Shown one piece after another: positions 43,410-53,249 of a DNA stretch of 64,000 bases. The stretch lies in the NCBI GenBank assembly GCA_037481835.1, contig JBBFKW010000010.1:108234-172233 (forward strand). Direction: 5' to 3'. Source of the DNA: Desulfosoma sp. Its GTDB lineage: Bacteria; Desulfobacterota; Syntrophobacteria; Syntrophobacterales; DSM-9756. Below the pieces are notes generated by a model. It made no database searches and was not told where the DNA came from. It was given only the letters and a program-made list of their open reading frames with translations. How positions within the stretch are numbered: the first letter of the stretch is position 1; each line of letters opens with the position of its first letter. A program made the translations under genes and the position numbers.

Positions 43410-43410
43410 A

Positions 43411-43433
43411 AGGGGCGAGTTATGCCTTGCCCC
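43411..43433 (+). repeat. REP-like hairpin immediately 5' of the mini-intron
   Basis: AGGGGCGAG-TTATGC-CTTGCCCC. Confidence 0.6.
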
Positions 43434-43546
43434 CAAGGCCCGCCCTTCAGGCACGCACGATGACAAAAGGTGAAAGACCGGCGCTTTCCAGCCCATGCGC
43501 CGTTGTGGTAAAAGGCGGGAAATTCCCACATCCGGAAGGAGCCGAC

Positions 43547-45540
43547 GTGCTGAGCGAAGCCCGCCGCATCCTGAAAACCGTCTTCGGCTACGACGATTTT
43601 ATCTTCTTGCAGGAGCGGGTCCTGGAAAACGTGCTGGAACGCCGGGAGACCCTGGCCGTCATGCCCACGGGCGGCGGAAAATCCGTCTGCTACCAGATCC
43701 CGGCCCTCCTGTGGGACGGCCTCACCGTGGTGGTCTCGCCCCTCATCTCGCTCATGAAGGACCAGGTGGACCAGCTCCTCACCCTGGGCGTTCCCGCCGT
43801 CATGCTTAGCAGCTCCCTTACGGAAGAACAGTACCGGTCCAACGTGGCGGCGATCCGCGCCGGCCGGGCCTGGATCGTTTACATGGCGCCGGAGACGGCC
43901 CGCCATCCGGCGGTGATGGATCTCTTGAGATCCTGCCAGGTGGAACTCCTCGCCATCGACGAAGCCCACTGCATTTCCGAATGGGGCCCGGACTTTCGGC
44001 CCGAATACCGGAGGCTCGCGGAACTCCGGGACGCCTTCCCCGACGCCGTCTGTCTCGCCCTGACCGCCACGGCCACCCCCCGCGTGCGTCGGGACATCCT
44101 GGAGTGCCTCCGGATGTCGTCCGCCGCCGAAGTGGTGGCCGGGTTCAACCGGGAAAACCTTTTCCTGAAGGTGGACTACAAGGTGGATCCGCTGGGGCAG
44201 GTGCTCCGGGTGATCGGGCGCTTCCCAAGAGAATCCGGCATCATCTACTGCCACACGCGCCGGCGCGGGGATTTCCTGTGCGGGTCCCTCCAGGACCGGG
44301 GCATCCCGGCGGCGGCCTACCACGCCGGCCTGGACGACGCCCAACGCCGCCGGGCCCAGGAACTCTTCGTGGGGGACGACATCCGGGTCATGGTGGCCAC
44401 GGTGGCCTTCGGCATGGGCATCGACAAGTCCAACGTTTGGTACGTGATCCACTACGATCTTCCCAAGAACCTGGAAGGCTATTACCAGGAGATCGGCCGG
44501 TCGGGGCGCGACGGCCTGCCCGCTGAATGCGTACTGCTCTTTTCCCACGCCGATGCGGCCGGGAGGCGGCGGCACATCCAACGCCTGGAAGATCCCCTTC
44601 TTCGCAGGGCCGCCCCCGCCCAGCTGGACGCCATGGTGCGCTTCGCCGAAACGGAATCCTGCCGCCGAATTCCCCTGCTGGGCTACTTCGGTGAAGAGAC
44701 GCCGGAAGCAAACTGCAATATGTGCGACAACTGCACGGAACCGGACCGCCCGGCCTTGGACGTGACCGTTCCCGCCCAGAAGCTCCTTTCCTGCGTGGTG
44801 AGGACGGGCCAGAGGTTCGGAGCGGGCTACGTGGTCTCCGTGCTGTGCGGATCGAAGACGAAGCGGATTCTCGAAAACCGCCACCACGAACTGTCCACCC
44901 ACGGCATCGGCACGGAATACTCCCCGCGCGGATGGCGATCGTTGGCCGAATGTCTCACCTGGCGGGGCCTGCTGGAAAGGGACTCCGAATTCGGAGCCCT
45001 CCGCCTCACCCGGGAAGGCTGGGACGTGCTCCGTTCGCGCCACCCGATCCATGTGCGCTGGCACCCGCTGGATGAGGCCATGCCCGGTCAGGCGGCGGAC
45101 CCGGACGCGGAAGAGGCGGCCTTTCCCCGGGAGCTCTTCGAACGGCTTCGTAAGAAACGGCGGGAATCGGCCCAGGCGCTGGGGGTGCCTCCCTACGTGA
45201 TCTTTTCCGATCGCAGCCTGGCGGACATGGCGGCCCGGATGCCCCAAACTCCGGAAGAGATGCTCGCCGTGCACGGGGTGGGAGAGGGAAAACTGGAAAG
45301 GTTCGGCGAGGATTTCCTTTCGGTCTTCCGGGACTTTCGCCGCGAACATCCCGACGTGCAACCGGTCCCGTCGGCCTCGACCCCGACCCCCAAAACGCGC
45401 TCTTCCGGCCGGACGGGACGCCACCACCAGGTGGCGAAAGCCTTCAACCAGGGAAGGTCCCTGGACGACCTCTGCCGGGACTTCGGCGTCCAGAAACGGA
45501 CCGTTTTGTGGCACCTGCGCCGTTACCAGATGGAAGGCTG
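43547..45540 (+). pseudogene. recQ: RecQ helicase (helicase, Zn, RQC and HRDC domains present); C-terminal HTH truncated and reading through into foreign sequence to 46306
   Basis: MPTGGGKS, IDEAHCISEWG, TATA, QEIGRSGRDG, CNMCDNC, PPYVIFSDRSL; homology ends after HLRRYQMEG. Confidence 0.85.
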
Positions 45541-45560
45541 CGCGCCCCGGTGGGCCGGCC

Positions 45561-45895
45561 CATCAACCGGAAAACCGGCTCCTGGGCGACGGCCCGGTCC
45601 GCCGTCTCGGGAATTTTCCGCTGGACCGGGTGGAAGAGCTGTGCGACCCGGTGGAAACCCTCTGGGCCGTCGGAAACAGCAGCTTCGCGGGCCTGAACGA
45701 CCGCATGAGCCTGGAGCAGACCAAGCAGGCCCCTGCCGGGTCGCTCCTTTTCATCGAGCCGGAAAATCTTGCGTTCCGCATCGCCCTCAACAGCAAGGGG
45801 CTCAAAAAGGTCTGGGCCGAATTCTTCTTTCGCGGTATCCCTTACCGGCTCAGCGTGACGGACCCGGCCGTGGAGGCGGAGCTTCTGGACAATGG
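45561..45895 (+). pseudogene. Internal fragment of a dual-OB-fold-like protein
   Basis: HQPENRLL...LWAVGNSSFAGLNDRM...SLLFIEP...VWAEFFFRGIPYRLSVTDP; no own start or stop. Confidence 0.55.
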
Positions 45896-47894
45896 AGGAT
45901 GTCGGCGAAAGGGTCGCCGTGGCCGGGCAGGAGCTGCCCCGAAAGGGCTTTCTCGTCTGCCGCCACTGCGGCAAGGTGCAGCTCCGGCGCGACCGCCAGG
46001 AACATGCGCTCACATGCAAGGCGCGAAACCAGAGCGCCGATGAAAACGTGCTGGAGTGCGTCTATCTCTACCGGGAATTCGCCTCGGAAGCGGTGCGGAT
46101 TCTCCTTCCCACGGCAACGGGAGAATACGCCCGGAGCGCCCACGAATCCTTTGTCGCCGCCCTGCAGCTGGGGCTTCGGCGAATGTTCGGCGGCAACGTG
46201 GATCATCTTCGGATCATGGACCACGAGGAGCCGGTGCCGGAGACGTCCTATCGCAAGAAGTACTTGGTCCTCTTCGACACCGTCCCGGGCGGCACGGGCT
46301 ACCTGAAGCAGCTCATGCGCTCTCCGGAGCCCCTCATGGACGTGCTCCAGCGCGTTCTGGACGTACTCAAGGCCTGCTCCTGCCGCCAAGATCCCGCCAA
46401 GGACGGCTGTTACCGCTGCCTCTATGCCTACAAATACGGCAACCGGCTGCCGGCCATCTCCCGGGAACGGGCCATGGAGCAGCTTTCGGCGGTGCTGGAC
46501 CGGAGGGACAAGCTGGTGCGGGTGGAATCGCTCAAGCACGTGCCGGTGACCGGCCTGCTGGAAAGCGAACTGGAAGCCCTCTTCATCGAGGCGCTGCGGC
46601 GCAGCCGAGCCCGCGGGCGCAGGGTGAGCCTGAAAAAGGGGCTGGTCCGCGGCAAGCCGGGCTATTACCTGAAGATCGACGATGAGGCCTATCTCATCGA
46701 ACCCCAGGTGGAACTGGGCGCCTCCCAGGGGGTGGCGGAACCCAGCCGGGCCGATTTCGTCTTCCGGCCGCTTCGGGAGAGTCGGGGAATCAAGCCCATC
46801 GTCGTTTTTGCCGACGGATTCGCCTATCACCGCAAACGTGTGGGCCTGGATCTGGCCCAGCCCATGGCCCTGGTGCAAAGCGGACGCTTCCGGGTCTGGT
46901 CCCTCACCTGGCACGATGTGCAGGCGCGGCTTTCCGCGGCTCCAGCGGCCCCCCACTACGTGGACCTGGCCGGCAGCCTGGAGACCAACCTGGGAAAGAA
47001 CCTGGGCCAGGTTTGCCGGATGTTCGGCGTGGAGGATCTGGGCCCGCTTCGGGGGGACGATGGCTTTTCCTGGCTCTTGGCCTTCCTGGCCGAACCCGAT
47101 GCGGACCGGTGGAGCCGTTTCGCCCATGTGTGCGGCCTGTCGCTCATAAACGGCGCGGCAGGCGATCACGCCATGAGCCGCGAAGCCTTCCTGGCCCGGT
47201 TGCCGCGTGAAAACATGGCGGACGCGAAAGGGATTTTTGAGGACGTCTTGGAAATCGCCCTGTTGGGAATCCATCCGCCGGATCCCGAGGATGCCCGGAA
47301 GCAGGTGCAGATGTTCGTGGCCGCCGGCAAGGAGGCTGTGCGCCTGCAGAAGCCTGAAGATCTCCGCCTGCTGATCTGCCTGGAAGACGGCTCCGAGCAG
47401 CAGGAAGCCGACGGTTTCCAGGCGGCCTGGAACGGGGGGCTTCGCGCCTACAATCTCTTTCATTTCGTTCCGCGCACCCTGGCGGTGGCCGCTCGGGGTT
47501 GGAAAAGGGCCTCTACGGCGGACTGCTGACCCCCGCACCCGAAGGGCCTTCGGAGACGGCCGGGGCCGAGCCGCCGGAACTTTCGTCGCAGAGGGCGGGG
47601 CTTTCTCCGGATTGGGATCAGGTTTTGAAGTTCGTGGACCCGGCCCTGCGGCCGGTTTTGGACCTTGCCGCCCAAAAGGGGCTGCCGCCGCCCCAGGTGG
47701 GTTTTGAGTTGCAAGGGGACGACGGCGGGGTCATCGCCCAGGCCGAAGCGGCCTGGGAGGACGCCCGGCTGGCTTGGCTCCGGGACGACGAGATGGAATT
47801 CGCCCCCGTGTTTGCCGACGCCGGCTGGCAAACGGCCTTTCTTGCGGAGGTCGCGGCCCGGCCGGAAGAACACCTGGCGCCGCTGATCGAATGA
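45892..47894 (+). pseudogene. C-terminal remnant of a large DEAD/DEAH helicase with DUF1998 (MrfA-like Zn) domain; frameshift near 47495
   Basis: CRHCG, SFVAALQLGL, LFDTVPGGTGYL, CSC....DGCYRCL, ESELE, RADF, DGFAYH; tail PQVGFEL...AEAAW in the second frame; no helicase motifs remain. Confidence 0.8.
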
Positions 47895-47994
47895 CCGGTT
47901 TTCATCGGCAATGGCTTAGGTCATACTTAAGCGAGTATTTGAGCGGCTTGTAACCGAACAGATCCAAGGTGCCCGATATGGGAGGAAAGGAGAA

Positions 47995-48201
47995 ATGGGG
48001 ATGCTCAATATGGAAGAAATATTGTCATCCATTGAAGCCCTCTCTAAAGAGGATTTTGCACGCTTGAGAGAATGGTTTTATGAGAGAGATTGGGAAAGGT
48101 GGGACAAGGAGATTGAATCTGACTCAAGATTAGGGAAGTTAGATTTTCTGGTTAAGGAAGCCCTTTGCGAAAAGGAAGATGGAAGGCTGAGGGAACTCTA
48201 A
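47995..48201 (+). CDS. Putative antitoxin (small acidic protein)
   Basis: EEILSSIEALSKEDFARLREWF...WDKEIESD...GKLDFL; strong RBS; abuts the toxin-like gene; AT-rich. Confidence 0.75.
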   Translation: MGMLNMEEILSSIEALSKEDFARLREWFYERDWERWDKEIESDSRLGKLDFLVKEALCEKEDGRLREL

Positions 48202-48471
48202 ATGCATCGAGCAACCACCCGTTTCTGGAAATTATTTGGGGGGCTTCCACAAAACGTGCAGCAAACAGCAAGAAAGAATTTTGATTTACTTAAGGCCGAC
48301 CCATTGCATCCTTCGCTTCAATTCAAGAAGGTCGGGAAATTTTGGTCCATCCGAGTCGGTGTCAACCACCGAGCATTGGCCGTAAAGGAGGGCCGGGATT
48401 TCATCTGGGTATGGATCGGAGATCATAGTGATTATGAGAGAATAATAAAGGAAACAGCTGGCGCTCCGTAG
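48202..48471 (+). CDS. RelE/ParE-like toxin
   Basis: RFWKLF..LP..VQ, DPLHPSLQFKKVG, WSIRVG..HRALA, WIGDHSDY. Confidence 0.82.
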   Translation: MHRATTRFWKLFGGLPQNVQQTARKNFDLLKADPLHPSLQFKKVGKFWSIRVGVNHRALAVKEGRDFIWVWIGDHSDYERIIKETAGAP

Positions 48472-48497
48472 CGGCGGGGGAGTTCAGTCGTTCGGCG

Positions 48498-49865
48498 GTG
48501 GTGGAGGTGGTGGAAAGCCGGGAGGAACCACCGGCCCCGCCCGCCGGGGAGACGCCCGGGGTTTCGGGCGGGCTTTTTGCCGAATTTCCCGATCGGATCC
48601 TGCTCCGCCTGGGGGTCCCCCGCGTGCAGTTCCCGCTGGTGCGTGCCGTCCGAAGCCAAGACGACTTGGACCAGGTGGCGCCCAAGCTCCCCCAGGAAGC
48701 GGCCGAAGCCCTTTACATGCTGGCCAGCGGATATTCGGTGGATGAGACCCTGAGGGAACTGGACCGGGCCGTGGAGGCGGCACCGGCGGTGGATCCGGAA
48801 GATTTCGAGAAGGCCCTGGACCATCCCGATTCCAGGCGGCGCTTTTTCGTGGTGGAAGACGACCTGGAACTGGCCGCCATCCTGGAGGCGCCCCTGGAAA
48901 AATGGCGGGTCTTTCTGCACCCGACCCAGCGCAGCCTGGTGGAACGGGACTGGAACGGTCCGGTGCGGGTGCTGGGCGGGGCCGGCACAGGAAAGACGGT
49001 GGCCGCCCTTCACCGGGCCAAATACTTGGCCGTTCGGGTCTTCACCGGCGCCGACGACCGGGTGCTCTTCACCCCCTTCACTCGGAATCTTGCGGCCGAT
49101 ATCCGAGAAAACCTGGCCAAGATCTGCCCTCCGGAAGCCATGGCGCGAATCGAAGTGGTGAATCTGGACAAGTGGGTGTCCGATTTCCTTCGGAAAAACA
49201 ACTATCGCTTCGAGATCGATTACGGGAAACGAACCGGGGAGTTGTGGGAAAAGGCCTTGGTGTTGGCCCCCTCCCAGTTGCCATTGGATGAACGGTTTTA
49301 CCGGGAAGAACGGGAGAGGGTGATCCAACTCCAAAACATTACCATTTTGCAGGACTACCTGAAGGCTCCGCGATTGGGCCGAGGCGTTCGGTTGAGTCGG
49401 CCGCAGCGGGCCGCCGTCTGGCCAGTGTTCGAGGAATACCGGATCCAGCTGCAGGAACACGGCCTGAAGGAGCCCGAGGACGCCCTGCGGGATGCGCGCC
49501 TGCTCCTGGAAAGCAAGGGGGACGTGCTGCCCTACCGCGCGGTGGTGGTGGACGAGGCCCAGGACATGAGCCCGGAAGCCTTCCGCCTGATCCGCTGCAT
49601 CGCCGGCCCCGGGCACAAGAACGATCTTTTCGTCGTGGGCGACGCCCACCAGAGGATCTATCGGCACAAGGTGGTGTTGGGCCGCTGCGGCATCGACGTC
49701 CGAGGCCGCGGCCGCAGGCTTCGAATCAGCTACCGCACCACCGAAGAAACCCGCCGGTGGGCGGTGAACCTGCTCCGAGCCGTGGCGGTGGACGACCTGG
49801 ACGGCGGGACCGACGATCGGAAGGGATACCGTTCCCTGCTGCACGGTGCAGCCCCGCAGGTGCAG
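48498..49865 (+). pseudogene. UvrD-like (SF1) helicase fragment, truncated at both ends
   Basis: PLEKWRVFLHPTQ, GGAGTGKT, VVDEAQD, VGDAHQRIY, SYRTT; motifs V/VI missing; frame runs into pgl. Confidence 0.82.
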
Positions 49866-49875
49866 AGGAGAGAAC

Positions 49876-50676
49876 ATGGATTCGTCGATCGGTTTATACG
49901 TTTTTCCCGACCAGGACCGACTGTGCGCAGCCCTTTGGGCCCATGTGGCTCAATTGGCGGCTCGGGCGGCAGCGCAAAGGGGACGGTTTTTCGTCGCTCT
50001 GTCCGGCGGATCGGCCTTGGACCTTATGATGGCAGGTTTCCGCACAGAGCCCGCGCGTGATGACGAAAACTGGTCTCAATGGCACGTTTTCTGGGCGGAT
50101 GAACGTTGGGTCCCGTGGGACAGTCCCGAGTCCAATTACGGCAGGGCCCGGCGGCCGTTCTTGGACCTCGTTCCCATCCCCGCCCAACAAATTCATGCCG
50201 TGGACTGTTCGTTAAGCCCTTCCGACGCCGCCGAACACTATGAATCCGTTCTGGAAAATGTGCTTCGCCCGGAAAAAGGCCGAGCGCCGCAGTTCGATCT
50301 GATCCTGCTCGGCCTGGGACAAGACGGTCATATCGCGTCTCTCTTTCCTGACCATCCCGCTCTGCAGGAAACCCTTCGATGGGTGCTTCCGGTTTTCGAT
50401 GCGCCCAAGCCGCCGCCGGTCCGCATCACTTTGACGCTGCCGGTGATCAATCAAGCCCGGCACGTGATTTTTGCGGCCATTGGAAAAAACAAAGCCCAAA
50501 TCGTGGCCCGCGTGCTCCACGGTCGGGAGACCCCTTCACCTCTGCCGGCCCAAAGGGTCAGGCCTGTCGACGGCGATGTGCGATGGTTTCTCGACCAGGA
50601 GGCGGCCGCAAGCTTGTCGGCTTTCGGGGACGGTGCGGTTCGAGGAAGTTCCCCGGGGAAATCCGCGACTCCCTGA
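49876..50676 (+). CDS. pgl: 6-phosphogluconolactonase
   Basis: ALSGGS, FWADERWVP, ESNYG, LLGLGQDGHIASLFP, PKPPPVRITLT. Confidence 0.92.
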   Translation: MDSSIGLYVFPDQDRLCAALWAHVAQLAARAAAQRGRFFVALSGGSALDLMMAGFRTEPARDDENWSQWHVFWADERWVPWDSPESNYGRARRPFLDLVPIPAQQIHAVDCSLSPSDAAEHYESVLENVLRPEKGRAPQFDLILLGLGQDGHIASLFPDHPALQETLRWVLPVFDAPKPPPVRITLTLPVINQARHVIFAAIGKNKAQIVARVLHGRETPSPLPAQRVRPVDGDVRWFLDQEAAASLSAFGDGAVRGSSPGKSATP

Positions 50677-50859
50677 CTCTGAGGCGCCGCTACGGCCCTA
50701 TGAGGGTGTTTTTGCTGGAGTACCGAGACCGCAGCTTATGGGAAGACGCGTATATGAAAGTCGCGATCGGAATCCGGAAGAGTAGGACTATCATGGTTCG
50801 TTTTCTCCCCTCGCGTGACGGGAGCTATAGGGAATACAAACCGTGCGAAAGGCCGGAAA

Positions 50860-51633
50860 ATGAATGAGGGCAAAACAGGAAAAACAACCGCAAAGATCGT
50901 GCTGATCGCACTCATTGCCCTCGGCATCGTCGCTTTCCAATACTTCGACCTCAAACAATACCTTTCGCTGGACTCCATCAAGGCATCCCAGGAAAAATTC
51001 CAGGCCCTTTACGCCTCGCACCGCCTAATGGTCATCACCGCCTACATGGTCATTTACATCGCCGTGACCGCGCTCTCCCTGCCCGGCGCCGCTGTCTTGA
51101 CCCTTGCGGGCGGCGCCCTGTTCGGACTGGCCGTAGGCACCGTCGTGGTGTCCTTTGCAAGCACCATCGGAGCCACCCTGGCGTGCTTCGTCTCCCGCTT
51201 CCTCCTTCGCGAGTGGGTCCAGAAGAAATTCGGGGACAAGCTGGCGGCCGTCAACCAGGGGATTGAAAAGGACGGCGCCCTCTACCTGTTTTCCCTCCGG
51301 CTGGTGCCGGTCTTTCCGTTCTTTGTCATCAATCTGCTTATGGGTCTTACACGCCTTCGCCTCACCACCTTTTTCTGGGTGTCGCAAATTGGCATGCTTC
51401 CTGGCACCGTCGTGTACGTCAATGCCGGCAGGGAACTCGCAAAGATCCAATCCCTTGGAGGCATCCTGTCTCCGAGGCTTTTCATCGCCTTTGCCCTGCT
51501 CGGGATCTTTCCCATAGTGGCCAAAAAACTCCTGGCTTTTTATCAAATCAGGGTTGGGTCGGGGTTCAAAGCAGCCGGCGTCGACGGCGTAAAAAGCAAC
51601 GATCCGTTACCCGAAGAACCCCGTATCCGATGA
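50860..51633 (+). CDS. TVP38/TMEM64 (VTT/DedA superfamily) membrane protein
   Basis: LSLPGA, GGALFG, ASTIGA, LRLVPVFPFFVIN, GMLPGT. Confidence 0.9.
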   Translation: MNEGKTGKTTAKIVLIALIALGIVAFQYFDLKQYLSLDSIKASQEKFQALYASHRLMVITAYMVIYIAVTALSLPGAAVLTLAGGALFGLAVGTVVVSFASTIGATLACFVSRFLLREWVQKKFGDKLAAVNQGIEKDGALYLFSLRLVPVFPFFVINLLMGLTRLRLTTFFWVSQIGMLPGTVVYVNAGRELAKIQSLGGILSPRLFIAFALLGIFPIVAKKLLAFYQIRVGSGFKAAGVDGVKSNDPLPEEPRIR

Positions 51634-51675
51634 GGCAACCGAAGGGCTCCACTCTCAAGAGTTAAGGAGGATGTC

Positions 51676-52287
51676 ATGAGAAAAACGACCATGATCTTAA
51701 CCATCGCATGGATTCTGACCGTCGGGGCGGGAATGGGGTGGGCCCAGGACAACCCGTGGAACTTCGATCCGGCGCATACCAGTGTGACCTTTACCGTTCA
51801 GCACGTTTTGGCAAAGGTCGTGGGCACGTTTGACGACATTCAGGGGAAGGTGGTCTTTGACCCGGCGCATCCGGAGAAGGGGAGCGTGGAGGTGAGCATC
51901 CCTGTGAGCAGCATCAACACCCGGGTGGGCCAGCGGGACGATCACCTGAGGTCGCCGGATTTCTTCGATGCCGCCAAGTATCCGGTCATGACCTTTGTGA
52001 GCCGAGAGATCCGCTCCGGCGGAGAGCCCGGCCGGTTCGTCGCCCGGGGGATTCTGACCATCAAGAACGTCAGCCGCCCTCTGGATCTGCCTTTCGCCTT
52101 CCTGGGTCTTCGGCCGGATCCCTTTGATCCCAAAAGGGAGATCGCCGGCTTTGAAGCTCATGTGTCCCTGGATCGGCTGGAATTTGGTGTGGGAAACGGT
52201 GAGTTTTTCCGCAAGGGGCTGATCGGAAAAGAGGTTGATGTCTCCATCTATTTGGAAATGGAGCGCGAAAAGAGCCCGTCCAACTAG
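51676..52287 (+). CDS. YceI family periplasmic protein
   Basis: Signal peptide; DPAHTSVTF, RDDHLRSPDFFDAAKYP, LTIK. Confidence 0.92.
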   Translation: MRKTTMILTIAWILTVGAGMGWAQDNPWNFDPAHTSVTFTVQHVLAKVVGTFDDIQGKVVFDPAHPEKGSVEVSIPVSSINTRVGQRDDHLRSPDFFDAAKYPVMTFVSREIRSGGEPGRFVARGILTIKNVSRPLDLPFAFLGLRPDPFDPKREIAGFEAHVSLDRLEFGVGNGEFFRKGLIGKEVDVSIYLEMEREKSPSN

Positions 52288-52299
52288 GTCAGGGCTCGA

Positions 52300-52915
52300 A
52301 GAGGCACAGTGGGTGCGACCGCGGTGGGAGACCAATCCCATTTATGTTGATCCCGATTCCCCGTGTTGGTTCGCCGCCCACGAGACGGGAAACCGGGTGC
52401 TTCGAGAAGGGGCGACACGATCCACTGCTGTCCATGTCCATGGCACCTCTCGCTTTCGGGCAGGGCTCCCCGAAACGGCACCGCCGGACTGCACGGGACG
52501 AGAGGATCGGATGGAGCCGCGCGTTCTCAAAGAGTTCTGGATCCATCTCACCACCCGGCGCACTTTGTCCTGCACCCACTGCCTCTTTGCCTCCTCGCCG
52601 TCTAAGGTCCAAGAAATCCCGGCGGACCCAGTGCTCGAGGCGGCTCGACAAGCCCACGCTCCGGGCAGTCGCCTTTTCGCCCTCACCGGGGGGCAATCCC
52701 TTCGGTCATCGCGATTTTCCTCATATCATCAAAACCCTTCTGGATCTTCCCAACTCCCACGGGGTCGTGCTCACCAACGGCCCGGCCGCCCGGCTCGCCA
52801 TGAAAAAGGACGCGTGGGATCCCCAACGCCTACACCTTCAGGCAAGCCTGGACGGGCTCGAACAACCCCACGGCGCCGTGCGCCTCACCGCCGAATGCGC
52901 CGAACGCTTAACGCA
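52300..52915 (+). pseudogene. Degenerate radical SAM protein N-terminal fragment
   Basis: EFWIHLTTRRTLSCTHC (first Cys of CxxxCxxC lost), ALTGG, frameshift, VVLTNG, LQASLDG. Confidence 0.6.
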
Positions 52916-52918
52916 ACC

Positions 52919-53041
52919 GGCCTCAAAGGTCTCGCATCCACCATCCACCCCTACCCCACCGTCGGTGAAGCCCTGCGCACGGTGGGGGATCATTACAATG
53001 GGACCTGTCTCACCCCGCGCGCGAAATGGATTTTTCCATGA
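52919..53041 (+). pseudogene. 3' tip of a pyridine nucleotide-disulfide oxidoreductase (MerA/Lpd-like)
   Basis: GLKGLASTIHPYPTVGEALRTVGDHY...LTPR. Confidence 0.6.
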
Positions 53042-53249
53042 TGATGCCCGAACGCCTTCGGAGGTGGAAGAAATACAGGTCGGATCCGGCCAGACAGTCC
53101 AACCCCCTTGACTTTTAACCCAGGGGGCGGTTCCAAGTGTCGAAAAAGGACCGGTTTACGGGGTCGCGTGAAAGGTCTTGTCCGGCGGTGCCGGCACGCT
53201 CAGGGATTTTAAGCCCGAACTGTTTTGGAGGAGCCGAAAGAGGACGATC

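Noticed and set aside
45541..46306. C-terminal tail of the 959-aa 'RecQ' as a novel domain
   Set aside because: Out-of-frame read-through over the dual-OB and DUF1998 fragments
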